Shown: positions 32,256-47,155 of the stretch, in pieces
Numbering within the stretch: the first letter of the stretch is position 1
Layout of the letters: every line of letters begins with the position of its first letter
DNA from: the human T2T-CHM13v2.0 reference genome, Homo sapiens
Strand: one strand, 5' to 3'
Length of the DNA stretch: 64,000 nucleotides
Assembly: GCF_009914755.1 (NCBI RefSeq)
Contig: NC_060931.1
Position numbers and translations under genes: made by a program
The notes under the pieces: generated by a model
What the model was told of the DNA's origin: nothing
Database searches by the model: none
What the model saw: the letters and a program-made list of their open reading frames with translations, nothing else

Positions 32256-34675
32256 TTATAATGAATAGTTTTTCTTCTAATACAGGTAATGATGAGATTA
32301 AATTTAAAGCAGATGGAAGAGTGTCATAATGTTAATCTTATCTTCAACGGAATGAGACAGCTTCATGGTGTTATCAGAAGATCAATCACTGAAATAGGCA
32401 TTTGAGGATTACATGTGGGGAAGTTTTGGTTAAGTATAAGTATGAGGTCTGATTATTCTGAACTAGCAGACAAAGCCTTGAAACCATGAATATAACTTTG
32501 AGCAGTTCTTTTATATGAACAGGCCCTCTCTGAATTAGTATTATAAAAGCCAAACTACAACACGAATTAAAGAAAGACCTGAGGCTTTTCCTACTATTAA
32601 ATCCAAGACTAACAATTTTGTTGCAGCAAAACAGTATCATTAAATTAATGTTAATTTGAATATTGATTTTTTTCAGAAGGCTTTTTTTTGAGTAAGTAAT
32701 TTATAAATTTTATTTGGTATTTATTTGTAAATTAAAAAATTATTCCAGGTTTCATATTTATACACATTCGAGTAACATGACAATTTTTAAGTGAAACTGG
32801 AAGGTTCCTGAAAATTTTTTCTTTGAATACAGTATTCATTACTCTAATTTGAGAAAAACTGTGGCTGGGGAGAAAGGTCTTTGGGTTTCATACATATTAT
32901 TGGCATCATAAATTTGTTTCATTTTCTTTTCCTGTTGGTTTTATACAAGATATACTTGGCTCCCTAATTACTTAGTAGGCTTCTTTTGTATACCCCCAGC
33001 ACCTGGCACAATACTGGGCACATAATAGCTGTTGAAAAAATATGGCTAAAAGGGGGGTGGTCTGGGCACTGTCTGAGTGGATGAAATAGATTAAGATTGG
33101 AGTAAAATAGATTGGAAATGGATTAGAAAGAAATAGAGTAAAATGCAGCCCTCTGTTGCAAAATTCTCTAGCTAGGCTGTAAATTCTGATATATCAGGGC
33201 CTTTATGTCTCCCATGGTGCTTAAAATAGAGGAGATGCTTGGTCAATGCTGAGAAAGTAGGAAGGTTTTTTCTTCCCCAAAAGGAAGAATAAAACAAGCA
33301 GTGACCTGCACAGAGCCCTACACATGTGCTTCCGTTGAGATCCATGGCTGCTGTACACCTCAGCACACAGTGTGCCTCAGGCCTATACTCCTGAGTACCC
33401 ACACTCGCACCCCTACTCACACACAGAGATACGCACGCTCTTTCTTTCTTTGCAGGGCAGTGTGATGGTCTAAAGTAGAACACTGCCTGTGATCAGGTAG
33501 GCCATTGGAAGGCTTGTCCCCAAATGGCCTCCGCTGCATCTGGAAATCTGACCTGACCAGCTCAAAGGGAGTAATCTAATCCTGGTCACATTTTCAGTGA
33601 GTTCTCAAGTATCAGCCGCTTTCCTGATGCAAACCCAGGGCTGAATTTCCCCATGAACTAGCCCAGGCCGGCCAACTATTTCCAAACGAGAACACAGCTC
33701 CTGCCAGTGCAGACTTAACAAGAACTTAAGTTTCTGGGGCAACTCAGCCCTGCTGGAGATTCATTATCCCACTGTTAGTTAAGGGGCAAGCAAGCCTTGG
33801 CTGGCAAGCCTGCTAGGAGGCCAAGAAGTGGACTCTGTGGCATTTTATAATGATGGGTAAACAGCAGAAAGAAGACTCCAGCTTCTCCCCGCCCACTGGA
33901 ACTCCAGAGCTTTGGGTCATGTCTGGTGGTAGGTCAAAGACCACCGTGGGTGGTGGGGCCCAGGAATCTAAGTTCTTAACAAGATCTCTAGATGATTCTG
34001 GCATACTAAAGTTGGAGGAATCCTGACTGTATTAAAGCTATCCATGCTGTTGGCCCTTCTTATATGGCCCAAGTTCAGAATTTCTCCCCTCCCTTGGTGA
34101 AGGACCCTGTGATGGCTCAGGGCCACCCAGCTAGGCCTGGGCATAGAGCCGTGGCCCATTAACCTCCTTCCACCGCCGAACCATTTCTTGTTTGCTGTTG
34201 CAGATTTTCAGGCCATGAAGAGGAGAGCTGCTCTGACATTTATGTCTCACTCTCCCGATTTAAAATGTCTTCATCACAACCAAAGACTCACCCTTTCCTC
34301 CCGGCCTCCTCTCTGTCTCTGCAGCCGATGGCTGCATTTCTCCCTCCTTTGTGCAGCAATCACATGCCTGTCGTGGAGAGAGAATAGAGCCAAAGTGGCT
34401 GCAATATCATATCTCTTGCCTGTGTTATAAACTGCAAGACTTGTCTGGATCACGGGAACTATTGTCGACATTAGCAGGCCAAGGGCACGGAGCCAAGGAC
34501 GGCTCCCTTCTCCAGCATAGGCTCAGGAAAAGCACAGATTAGAAAAAGGCCCAGAAGAATTCTGTCCCTCCTTTCTTCTCGCTTGTGCATTTTAATCCTC
34601 CCCTTCCCCATCATGTCAGCGCATTCTGGACTTGAAATGAACCTAGAAAATGTGTATCATAAAATATTTGACTGA

Positions 34676-35019
<344 letters not shown>

Positions 35020-35370
35020 TAGGCTGGTCTGGTATCCTTAATAGCAGAGCCCCTTTCTCTGTACTTTAAAGCTGGTGAAGGAATTTGGCATGATCATGTT
35101 CTTAACTGAGTGGTTAAGAAGGGCAAATACAGCCATTCTAGAAAAAAAAAAAAAACAAACAAAACCCAACCTGATAATGAGGAAGACAGGAAGACAGATG
35201 AGGCTTTGCTCCTGAGGTCAAGACAGCTAGATGGTTTAGTAATTTTAACACAGAGAGAGCGTGCATTTCCCTTTTGTTTTCTAACTCGGTCTACCAACCA
35301 GGTAGATTTCAATGTGCATTCAACAAATTGAGCATCTACTGTGGCTCTGTGGCTCTGCTTAACCAGTGGT

Positions 35371-35837
<467 letters not shown>

Positions 35838-36825
35838 AACCAGTGATTTCTAAAGCAGGCTTCTCATTGGAATCACTGGGGAAGCTTTTGAAAAATACAG
35901 TTTCCTACTCTGAGATTTTCAGTCAGTCAGTCTGGGATGAGGCCCTGGCATCTGTATCTTCATTTAATTTGAAAAGCACAACCCTATACTTTGGTCAGTG
36001 CTGTGGGGATACAAAATGGTTAGAACTCTCCTATCGTTTTAGAGCAGCGAACGGTCTGTTGGGGTTGGCAATATTAGACACTGTAGTGTTATGGTCCATT
36101 AAGTTACTAAGATGAATACAGAGCCTAAGTTGGAAAAAAGATAGAGTGGGATAGAGAGGCAAGCCTTTCCACTGTGTTTGTGAGTTTAGACGTAAAATTC
36201 ACTTCTTTTCCTCAGGCCTTCGAAGGTCAAACATTTTGTTGAGGACTGGGGCAGGGAGTAGCATGCCAGGACTGGAGGTTCACTGGTCTGGAAGACCCCG
36301 ATCTAATCCAAATCCCCCAGTTCATGGTTGAAGACACTGAGCTCTAGAGGCAACATGACCTGCCAGAGGTCACACAGCAGACTGCAGGCGACATGGCAAG
36401 GACCTCAGGCTTGGAGAGAGTCACAGCCGCTGGTGCCTCAACACATGATGGACCGGAGCAGAGCGAGGGTTTTGTCACAGACTTGCATCTGCAAACCTCG
36501 CCAGCCTGTTCAGCTGCTGCCACAGGGCTCAGGGGCTGTGGGTGGCATTTCTCTTCACCTCCACCTCTTGCATTTCCTCAGGCTGAGGGGAGTCACCGGA
36601 AAGGCTCTTACTCGTGGGGAACTGGAGCTACATCTTGAAATGATTGCTCAGTGCATCTCACACTAGGGTTCTACAGACCATCCTGAAGGCATTGGGGTCC
36701 AGATCATTGCATACTGCAAGGGTATCCCCCTCTGACCTATAATTCTCCTGTTTGGAAAAATCTAGTTGAAATAAACATCTAGAGAAATTGTTATCATTGA
36801 AACAGAGAGTCAACATGTGGACCAG

Positions 36826-37630
36826 TGTACTAGCCAGGATTCTTCAGAGAAATAGAATAAACAGGATGTAAACAGAATAAACATGAAGAGGCTCATGATG
36901 AGGGACTGACTCAGTGATTATGGAGGCTGAGACATCCCATGATCTGCTCTTTGCAAGCTGGAGACCTGGGAAAGCTGGTGATGTAATTCCAATCTGAGTC
37001 TGAAGATCTGAGAACCAGAGGAGTGGATGGTGTAAATCTCAGTCTGAGGGCAGGAGGAAACCAATGCTCCAGCTCAAACACTCAGGCAGGTAGCAAAAGG
37101 GACAAATTTCTCCTTCCTCTGCCTTTTTGTTCTACTTAACCCCTCCACAAATTAGATGACGCTCTTCCACATTGGAGAGGGCTATCTACTTTACTGAGTT
37201 TGCCAATTCAAATGTGCTAATCTTTTTTCTTTTTTTTTTTTTTTGACACAGAGTCTTGCTCTGTCACCCAGGCTGGAGTGCAGCGGCTCGATCTCGGCTC
37301 TCTGCAACCTCTTCCTCCTGGGTTCAAGTGATTCTCCTGCCTCAGCCTCTTGAGTAGCTGGGACTACAGGCACATGCCACCACGCCCGGCTAATTTTTCT
37401 ATTTTTAGTAGAGACGGGGTTTCACCATGTTGCCCAGGCTGGTCTCAAACTCCTGACCTCAAGCAATCTGCCCTCCTCGGTCTCCCAAAGTGCTGGGATT
37501 ACAGGCGTGAGACATGACCACACCCGGCCTCAAATGCTAATCTTATCCAGAAATAGTTTCACAGACGCATCCAGTTTAATGTGGGTACCACATGGTGTAG
37601 TGAAGTTGACACGTAAGAGTAACCAATGCA
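36826..37630 (-). mobile_element. MLT2 (ERVL) solo LTR interrupted by an Alu
   Basis: gattatggaggctgag...gcaagctggagacctgggaaagctggtg...ctgagaaccagagg...caaatgctaatctt. Confidence 0.85.
37223..37529 (-). mobile_element. Alu inserted in MLT2
   Basis: Both arms; TSD ~tgctaatctt. Confidence 0.95.
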
Positions 37631-38506
37631 ACCTTCAGCAGCGAAACTGCTGGTGAGGAGAGGGTAGCCAGACAGAAACAGCCTGGGGGCAGGGTGCAGG
37701 CAGGTGGACAGAATGGAAGGGAATGAGCACTGGAGTTTTGAGGAAGCCAAAAGATTTTTCTCCCCTCTGTCTTGGAGACAGAGGAGAGGGTGCTAGAAGA
37801 CAGGATTTCTCCTGAATCTTTTTCTGTGCAGGCTGGAGATTGACTCTATCACCTCCTATACCTTCCTGTCACTGTCTTGAGTTGTGTTACTCAAAATGAT
37901 TGCACCAAGGTGACATGGTCTAGGGAGGGCTCTGCTGCCTTGGCTATGTTCATTGGCTTATGGACTCCACATTTTTCACCTTTACAACATAGAGCAGTGT
38001 AATGAGCATCTCATCATGTCCAGGGACATAAAGGAAATGAGTGGGCTAGCTTTAAAAATGAAGGACACACACAGAAATACACACACATCAAAGATGAAGA
38101 AAGCAAATGGATACCTTGAGTAACTAACTAGAGGACTTTCCCATCTCTTGGTAGTTGAATACATGTAGAAGGGCAACATTGCTAAGATGAGGCTATTTGT
38201 GAATTATGCCTCTTCCACCCCAGTCCCTACTGGGAGCTTGCAGAAAGAGGGCTGTGAGGGCTTACCCAGCTCTCTCCCTTCAAATTAAAATTTGTCCAGT
38301 TGGAAACACTGACAGGCAGTCCACAGGTTCAGGCCACCCTATTCTCAGTCAGGAAATTCTGAGGATGCTTAATTCAAGAGCCCAGGAGACCCACCCACCA
38401 CCTAGCCACTCTTGCTCTAGGCAGCTTTGACCTTATGGGTAGAGTAACTGGGTTTCTGCCTTGTGGTACGAACCGTGCATCTCCCTGGTGCTAATTCCAG
38501 GAGGTG

Positions 38507-38849
38507 TTTCTTTTCTTCTCTTTGTTTCTTTCTTCTTTTTTTCTTTCTTTTCTTTTCTTTTTTTTTTTGTGAGGGAATTTTGCTCTTGTTGCCCAGGCTG
38601 GAGTGCAATGGTGTGATCTTGGCTCACTGCAACCTCCACCGCCCAGGTCAAGAGATTCTCCTGCCTCAGCCTCCCGAGCAGCTGGGATTACAGGCGTGCG
38701 CCACCATGCCTGGTTAGTTTTGTGTTTTTAGTAGAGACAGAGTTTCACCATGTTGGCCAGGCTGGTCTCAAACTCCTGACCTCAGGTGATGCGCCTGCCT
38801 TGGCCTCCCAAAGTGCTGGGATTACAGGCATGAACCACTGCGCCCGGCC
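38507..38849 (-). mobile_element. Alu (AluSq/Sp-like) with long T/C tail
   Basis: ttttgctcttgttgcccaggctggagtgcaatgg and the left arm. Confidence 0.94.
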
Positions 38850-39074
38850 CAGATGGTGGTTTTCTATCTAGTTGCCCTAATCTAGAATTTCTGCCTGGTT
38901 CACTTACGGGCTAGACCTTTCTCTCTAACACTAGGAGCCTCATGTGTTCTTGCCAGTTCTCAGGGTCTGGGGACCCATCCCCAAATCTAAACCGTCTGGT
39001 TTGGACTCTCGGTTGTTATATCCTATTGACGATGTGGGTGGTTCTATTGCACATCAGGGAAGCCATTTACCACC

Positions 39075-39705
39075 AGTGCTGGGCTGAGTAGTTGCCTCTG
39101 AAGATGTCCATGCCCTAATATCTAGAACCTCTGAATGAATAGGTTGGGTTATGTGACAAAGGGGACTTTGCAGATGTAAATGAGATTATCAACCTTAAAA
39201 TAGAGACATTCTCGTGAATTATCTGAGTGGGCCCAGTGTAATCACACAAGCCCTTAAAAGTGGAGAACTTTCTCTGGCTTCAGCCAGAGAGGTGCAAAGG
39301 AAGAAAACAGGAGAAGAGATGCAGCAGAAGAGGAAGTCAGAGAGATTCCAAGTGTGAGAAGTATTTCACGTGCTGTTGCCTGTTCTGAGCTGTAGGTACC
39401 CATGTGCAAGGACCTGAGAAAGGCCTCTAAGAGCTGAAGGCAGTCCTGCCTCCCAGCCAGCAAGGAAAGAGGGACCTCAGTCCTATAACTGCAAGGAGAT
39501 GAATTTATTTGTCTAACAACCTGCATAGGTTTGGAATTGTATTCCTCAGTGTCCACTAAGGAATGTGGCCCTACTGTATTCACCTTGCTTTTAGTCCAGT
39601 GGGACCCATATTGGACTTCTGACCTACAGAAACTTTGAAATAATAGCTTTGTGTTATTTTAATCTGCTGAGTGTGTGGTAGTTTGTTGCAACAGCAGCTG
39701 AAATG
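39075..39705 (+). mobile_element. MLT1 (MLT1D/E-like) LTR
   Basis: aagatgtccatgccctaat...gggactttgcagatgt...cagccagcaaggaaagagggacctcagtcctataactgcaagg...gacttctgacctacagaa. Confidence 0.8.
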
Positions 39706-40059
39706 GCGATATGTAAATAACACAAATATAATTACAATGGACACAAAGAATACAACAACAACAACAACAAAAAGATATTGAACCCTCTTGCTTTCACAGC
39801 CGCAGTGGCTACCACCAACAAAAAATTAAGGTGTCTCCTGATCACACTTTCGATTTCCTGGGCTCATGACCCCTCCCCTAAAGGTATCCATATTTCTTCT
39901 AATGCTTCACATTCTTCTAATCCAGTAACTTCCTATCGTTGCTAGAGATGTGCACAGATTATGGTGAAACAAGAGGCATATTGTACAGCTACTACTTCAT
40001 GCTGTTTATTCATGTCTGTTAGCTTTACAGAAGATTGCATTTGCTATATATAATAACTA

Positions 40060-40220
40060 TACAAAGAAGTTATTATTGTCATGATTTTACAGATGAGGAC
40101 ACTAATATTAAAACTCATGGAGGTAACGGGATTTGCCCAAGGTTGTATCTTCTTCAAGCGACCAGGGACCAGGATTCAAACCCAAGGTGGTTTGATTTCA
40201 AAGCCCATGTTCTAGACCTA
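40060..40220 (-). mobile_element. MIR fragment
   Basis: attttacagatgaggacact...gatttgcccaagg...ggattcaaacccaagg. Confidence 0.7.
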
Positions 40221-40294
40221 TTTCCTCCCGTAGTTAAGGATGTTTGTCCCTTGGATTTATCTTTGCTCATTGTCTTCCCCTTGGAATGGGAGAG

Positions 40295-40803
40295 TATGAT
40301 TGTTTTAAAGAGATGACACAAATTTCTTGATCTCCTTAGGAGGTAGAACTGAATTCCCCACCCTTTGACTATGTGAGTCACTTGTAATGAATACAATAAG
40401 GTGCAAGTGATAATGTGTGACAGTGACTAGGTCATAAAAGGCGTTGGGACTTCTCAAGTTCTTTCTTTCCCTTGGATCCCTCACTCTGGGAAAATGCTGT
40501 GAGCAGCCCTTGGGAGAAGCTCACATGGGCAGTTACTGAGGCCTCCAGCCAACACCCAGTGAGACCCGGAGACTGGCCTGAAACCATGTGACTGAGCTGA
40601 GAAGTGGATCCTGCAGCTCTGTAGCACTGTGGCCCCAGCTGATATAGTGACTGCCACTTTCTGTGAGACCCTGAGACAGAACCACCCAGCTAAGTAAGGC
40701 ACTCTGGGTCCTGCCCCATGGAAAATGGAGATAATTACCATTTGTTGTTTCAAGCTGGGAAGTTTTGGAGTAACTCATTATGCAGCTGTAGATAACTAAT
40801 ACA
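40295..40803 (+). mobile_element. MLT1 (MLT1F/G-like) LTR
   Basis: ccctcactctggg...ctgaggcctccagccaaca...gagaccctgagacagaaccacccagctaag...gtagataactaataca. Confidence 0.78.
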
Positions 40804-42062
40804 GGAAACATTCTTGCCCTCTTTCTGTTACTGAGCCTCAGAATTAAACTCTTTTATGGAATCATAAATCTTAGAATTGAAAGGGCCTTTGGAGATTAAG
40901 TGGTTCAACTCCCTGGTCTACAGTAAAATAGATGCATGAAGGTTTACTTCCCAAGGCCTTGTGGGGATTAAATGAAGCAACACAAACAATATGTCCTGCG
41001 TATTGAGCTGAGTCAGTGCCCAATAAGAGCACACTTCTCCCCTCTGAATGAGGAGACGAGGGCCCAAGAGGTTAGTGACCTGCCCAAGACCCTAGGGCTA
41101 AGCAGCTGCAGAGCCGAGTCCTAATAGCAATTCCCTGAGGTGCTGAGCCCAGCATTTCCACTACTGCTTTCTTTCCTCCTGCTTCTCTGCATTTCAGTCA
41201 TTAAAGGCACCCACCGGGGTGCAGGTGGTTTCTGAGAAGTGTGAGCAAAGTGTATGGGAAGGTGTGGAGACTGCAGCTGGCCAGGCACTGTAGCACAATG
41301 CTGAGCTCACATTTGGTCTAAAAACGACAAAGAGAATCATTGGAGGGTCTGAAGCCATCAGTGATGAGATGAAGCTGACATCAAGGATGGGAGTGGTTGA
41401 GATGCAGGGGAGTGGTTGAGATGCAGAGAAGTGGGAGGAAGAGACAAGAGAAGCCAAGGAGTAGAGCACTTAGCAGCTTCCAGGGAGACACAGTGCCTGG
41501 CCCTTCCCTTCACCCCAGCCTCTATCACAGCCCCCTCGCACAGAGTAGGCACTTGAGAAATGTTTGTTGTCCCTGAGGTTGGTCACACTGTTGCCCTGCC
41601 TCGAATCCCTTCCCCTCTCCTGTCCCATGTGCTAATCCTTATCCTACCCAGTCTTCAAAATGCAGCTCAGCTACTGCCACCTCCACACACCAGCATCAGC
41701 CTGTGACTTTGCATCATCATAAACTATTTCACCTTGGACTTGCTCTGTGATAGCTGATTTCTCATAGAGCTCCCCTTCCCAAGATAGGCAGGGGCTCTGG
41801 GTCTGGAACGGAGCGAGCCTGCCCACCCAGGCCTTATGTCCATTTATAGACTCCAATTCTCCTTTTGCGGGTGCAGACCACTGGCCTGCTCTCCCTGGTT
41901 AGCCCCAGTGGTTGGGGGTTTGGGGAGGAGATGCAGGCAGAGGGATGGGACTGTGGCAATATCACGCTTTTTACAATATGAATGACATCACATTCATATT
42001 GTAAAAAGATTTCCACATCAAATAACTCAGTGTTTGCCATAAAGTGTGGTCTTTTAAAAATG

Positions 42063-42203
42063 TTTTATTTTTTAATAGTTTTTTTTTTTGTAGAGATGAG
42101 GTCTCACTATGTTGCCAAGAGCTGGTCTCAAACTTCTGGCCTCAAGCAATCACCCCACCTTGCAAATCACTGGGATTACAGGCATGAGCCACTGTGCCTG
42201 GCC
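42063..42203 (-). mobile_element. FLAM / Alu left monomer
   Basis: gtagagatgaggtctcactatgttgcc...gggattacaggcatgagccactgtgcctggcc with no right arm. Confidence 0.85.
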
Positions 42204-42654
42204 ACGTGTTTTTAAAACTTTTTAAGCTATGAGATGCTGAGAACACAGAGGGGACCGGTAATGTACCTAGAACCTCACAGAGAGTCCCCCTTGCCGACAG
42301 CTCAGCTGGCAGCTGGACAGGCAGCTCCCTTGGCTGGGGAGAGCCATTAGCATTTGAATCTGGGCCACTCATGACATTGGCTGTGTGCATGGCCCTGTTG
42401 GCGTCCCACAAAGTGAGACTCTTCTGTGCCTGGGATTTCACTCTGAGCCTTGGCTTTTCAGTGGCCCAGTCCCTCTATGGTGAACTTCTTATGTGGGCTT
42501 CAAAGTCAACAGGTAAGGGAAAAGTCTCAGATTCAAAACCGTCTTTGAAAAATCTCTGATGTTACCATAAAACCCTTGAACATATAAAATCCTGTGCTAA
42601 ATTATGTGTCATGAATGTCTAATGCAGAAAGTAATATCCAGTGTGTAATATGAA

Positions 42655-42933
42655 TGAGTCTTGCTCTGTTGCCCAGGCTGGAGTGCAGTGGCATGATCTT
42701 GGCTCACTGTAACCTCCACCTCCTGGGTTCAAGCCATCCTCCTGCCTTAGCCTCCTGAGTAGCTGGGACTACAGGTGTGCGCCACCACGGAGGTTTTGTA
42801 TATATATAATTTTAGCAGAGTCAGGGTTTTACCATGTTGGCCAGGCTTGTCTTGAACTCCTGACCTCAAGTGATCCGCCTGCCTTGGCCGCCCAAAGTTC
42901 CGGGATTACAGGCATGAGCCACTGCACCCGGCC
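42655..42933 (-). mobile_element. Alu lacking poly(A) tail, with remodelled linker
   Basis: Both arms present with no T-run upstream; linker reads ggaggttttgtatatatataatttt. Confidence 0.9.
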
Positions 42934-42990
42934 CCACAGCATATTAAATATAGAAAAGGATCTTTAAACACAGGAATTACAGACTGTGAT

Positions 42991-43100
42991 TAGGTTACCA
43001 GCTGTCCCAGTTGCCTGAAACCGTCTTGGTTTTAGCACTGAAAGTTCTGCATCCTGGGAAACACCAAAGTCCCAGGCAAGCCAAGACAGTGGTCGCTTTA
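42991..43100. mobile_element. MER94-like hAT-Blackjack MITE
   Basis: taggttaccagctgtcccagttgcc...gttttagcactgaaagt...gtcccaggcaagccaagacagtggtcgcttta with degenerate TIRs. Confidence 0.72.
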
Positions 43101-43400
43101 CGTCAGCATTATGAGCCGCTCACGTTGTAAAGGACCCACGGGAACTGAGGCTGACAGTGGAGCTCATGATTCCGTAGTAGACTGGAGGACAAATTACCCT
43201 GCAATTTCTTCTCTTTTTCCCTGTCCCTCCTCCTACTCAAAATGCATGTACTTGAATTTGCATTAGCTATATAAAATATCCTCAAGATATAATTCCCGGA
43301 TTCTACTGGAAAAGCAGCCCAAAACACAGGCTTTTCTAATGCTGAGTCCTTGACATCATGTGCATATAGAAAGTCAGTACATGTGTCTGGGTTTGTGAAT

Positions 43401-43401
<1 letters not shown>

Positions 43402-43431
<30 letters not shown>
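43402..43431. repeat. (TG)15 microsatellite
   Basis: Directly visible. Confidence 0.97.
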
Positions 43432-43433
<2 letters not shown>

Positions 43434-44710
43434 GGTGGAGCGTGCTACACCGAGGAGCAGCTTCTGACAGGTCTCGTGGATTCCCCTCCTTGCAAGCTTC
43501 ATTCCGCCAATTTCTTATGAGTGGAGTTTACACTTTCCCTGGCTGAGGTTGCTCCTTGAGTTGGGATGTCTTGCAGCCGTAGTTGGCCAGTGTCATGGGG
43601 CACATCTCTCTGTCATACCTTGCATGGGACAGGGAACAGCTGCTCATAGAGGGTGGCTGGCATTTACACTCTTAACTCAGCTTTGGAATCTGTGATCTCT
43701 CATCAAATCCACACCTTTTGCTTTGTTTCAGAGTTGCCTGGACAGGAGGCCACTTGGGAAGGTTTCTTCTCCCTTATTCTCTGTCTGGAATTGTCTAGGG
43801 ATTGCTGGCTGATGGCAAGAGGGTTTTGATGGAGGAGTAAAGTCTAGTTCTGTCAAAGAGCATTTGTAGGTTAGGAGCAAACTCTTGTTCAGTTGGAAGA
43901 GGGGGATTGAAGTAAATGGATTCATGCATTGTTCCTGCTCTGATATCTTAAAAGTGGATGAGGGGTGTTTAAACAAAGCAAGGGATCAGGAGTCTTCCCC
44001 AGGAGTCAAGAAGGGGATGAGACAGGATCGATCAAATGGCCAGTGGCAGGGACAAGCATGACAGGCAGTAGTGACAGTGTCCTCCCTCCAGCTAAGGTGT
44101 CTGCTAGAAGACAATGCAAGAACCCTCCAACTGGGGCTCTGTGGAAGCCCAGAATTTATGCTCCAGCCTCTCCTCTTCTTTTTCCTCTGAGAAACAGGGT
44201 TTTGGATAATGCTCTTGGTCTGTATTCTCATGCTAGTGTTATTAATGGCCTGGCCATCTAATTAGTCTTTTGTTTTGGTAGGTTAATATGTAATTAGGCA
44301 TTTCCTCATTATCTTGAGGAATACAGGAGTAGCATCTAAAAGTCATCTTCTGTAAATGGATCTAAAAGAGGCAGAGAGACAAGGCAGGGAGCAGGGCATT
44401 AACCAAGGATGGCAGAAAGGCTATAGGGATGAGCTGCCTCATGGTCACATTTGTTTCTGGCATCAGAGAATGAAGGAAATAGTGGAAGTTATTGTTGCTC
44501 CATGTTCTGTGATATCTTTTGGGCCAACATGAGTTACAGCTGTGGTTAGATGGCTTCTGCAAAGCACTGCTCATAAAGTCCTGTGTTGCCATAAATCATT
44601 CCATTCTCATTAGGTCTCCCCACTCAAAACCTGCCCAAAGCACTCCACAGGCTCAGCGACTCTCTGGAAGCATCTCAGCTTGGTTCCAGCTCCCCATGAG
44701 CAAGGTTTTT

Positions 44711-44767
44711 ATCATCCACCATCCTCACCATCACTCTTACCATCACCATCATCATCACCATTATCAC
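44711..44767. repeat. Degenerate (CAY)n repeat
   Basis: atcatccaccatcctcaccatcactcttaccatcaccatcatcatcacc. Confidence 0.8.
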
Positions 44768-45066
<299 letters not shown>

Positions 45067-45074
45067 CCATGATC

Positions 45075-45300
45075 ACTTCTTGAGCACTGTTGTAAGCTGA
45101 TTACACCTATTATCTCATTCAATCCTCATAATAATCCTAACATTATCACCATTTTAAAGATTAAAAAAACAAACAACAACAACAAAAAAAACTAGGTCCA
45201 AAGAAATCAAGTAAGTTGCTAAGTTCACAAAGCTAGTAAGAGACAGTGCTGGGATTTGGGCCCAGGAAGCATGACACAGAGCCTGCTCCTGCACTCCTTA
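45075..45300 (-). mobile_element. MIR
   Basis: ttatctcattcaatcctcataataatcct...aagtaagttgctaagttcacaaagctagtaag...ctgggatttgggcccagg. Confidence 0.75.
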
Positions 45301-46279
45301 CTGCACCTCCTTGACTTCATGATTTTATATCTGGTACTTTTGTTAGGTAGTTGTGAACAGGAAATGCTGTTTTGGCTGGGATGGATGATACCTTGGAGAT
45401 CCTACAATTTTTTCCACTTAAGCTCACCTCCAAGGACAGATCTGAATTAAACTTCCCAATTGACAGTGGCATTGGAGATTTGTGACATCATCATCAGAAA
45501 CTGTCTATTAAGCCTCTCCCTCCAATGAGCAAGCCCGAGCAAGTTTTACAGAGTCCCAGACCGTGCCGAAGACCCTGCCTTCAAAGCATTTAGTAGAAGA
45601 GGTAACACACAGACAGACAAGTACAATAAAAATTTAAAGATTTATACCTGCTGTGAGAGAAGTAATAAAGCTTGGTTGAATTCTTGGGTTTATTATGTAA
45701 GTCAGACTACATGTCTTTTTGGGCACCATGATATTCACAATTGTGTCCAAGTTAAGGGCTCATGCATTTTAGAGATGGGAATGAGGGATGGTTCATAAAG
45801 TGGAACCAGGGAGAGCAGATGTAGAAACCTTATGTCTGGGATTACCAGGGTTCTTGAAGGCTGTAGATCTTCTCATTTCCTTAGTCAACAAGTAACTCCA
45901 TATAGAAGCCTGGCCTACTGCTAGTTCTCGGGCTATCATGAGCAAGAAGGCAACCAAATCTGTGTGAATAATGGGAAACCCAATTGAATGGTGTTTTTTG
46001 AGATGTTTCTGTTTGTGTTTCAACACCAAATGTTGAAAGCAGAAAGTTGGTTTTGTTTTGCTAGAGCTGCTGAAGCCAGGAGATGTGGAGTTGCGAGTTC
46101 CCTGCCATGTTCTGGCTAATGGCCAGCAATGAGGAAGGAACGTTTGGGGCACTGCTGGTGGGCATCAGCACATGGACTGACTCCGCACAGGCGTGCTTAG
46201 AGCAGCCCTCTCTATGCCTGACCCCTGCCTCTGTTTCTCAACAGGCACAGCCTTTGTCATCAGAGTGCTCAGCCCCATC

Positions 46280-47155
46280 TCTACTGGGACCCTCATTCAT
46301 CTAATTGTCCCGGTCAGAAATCTTGTATGGTCTTTGATTTCTTCCTCTTCCATGTCACCCAGATATCTCAAATACATCCACTCCCTTCCATCTCTGCTGC
46401 TAATGCAGAATTCCAGACAGCAACATTTCTCAGCAGGACGACCACACCAGCTGCTTACTTGTCTCCTGCTTTCTCTCCAGTTCCTTCAGTTTATTTTTTC
46501 TCCTCAGAGTAGCCTAGATATTTTTTAAAAAAGATAAATTATACCATATGATGCTCCTTCTTAAAACTCTTCAATGGTGTTCCATTACATGTTGGAAAAA
46601 AGTCCAGATCTCATAGTATGGCTATCAGGGTCCTCCCTTATCCAGGCCCTGCCCACCTTCCCAACCCCATCTCCCCTGATCCAGTCCGTGCCCACCTTTC
46701 CAATTCCATCTTGTTCTATTCCCCCCCATCTCACTCATGTCGCTTGGGCCACTCTGGCTGCTTTGTATTCCTTAAATTCATGCAACACTTCTCATACCTG
46801 GTCTTCTGACACATTGTTCCCTCTGCATGGGACACTTTTCCTCCTGAATGCTTGCATGGCTGGCCTATTTTTATAATTCAGGATTTGCCTTAAATGTTTC
46901 CTCCTCAGCAAGGCCTTCCCTGAGTGATCTCCTCCTCTTGGCTCCATCACTGTGCTTTGTTTCTCCCTGGCACTTAGCGTGCATTGAAATCACACATACA
47001 TTTGTTGATGTTCTTGTTGAATGCCTGTCTGCTCTCTGCACTGAAGTTCAGTGAGGAAAGGGCTATGTTAGTTTTGCTCAGCATTAGTTTACTTTGGGAC
47101 TCCTAGCATAATGCCTTAAAGATGTGTTTTATAAATATTTATTGAATAAATAAAT
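46280..47155 (+). mobile_element. L2 3' region
   Basis: ctccttcttaaaactcttcaatgg...aaatgtttcctcctcagcaaggccttccctga...aaatatttattgaataaataaat (L2 terminal repeat). Confidence 0.8.

Noticed and set aside
46640-46711. Degenerate ~39-bp tandem duplication
   Set aside because: Lies within an L2 remnant, is diverged and has no functional implication.
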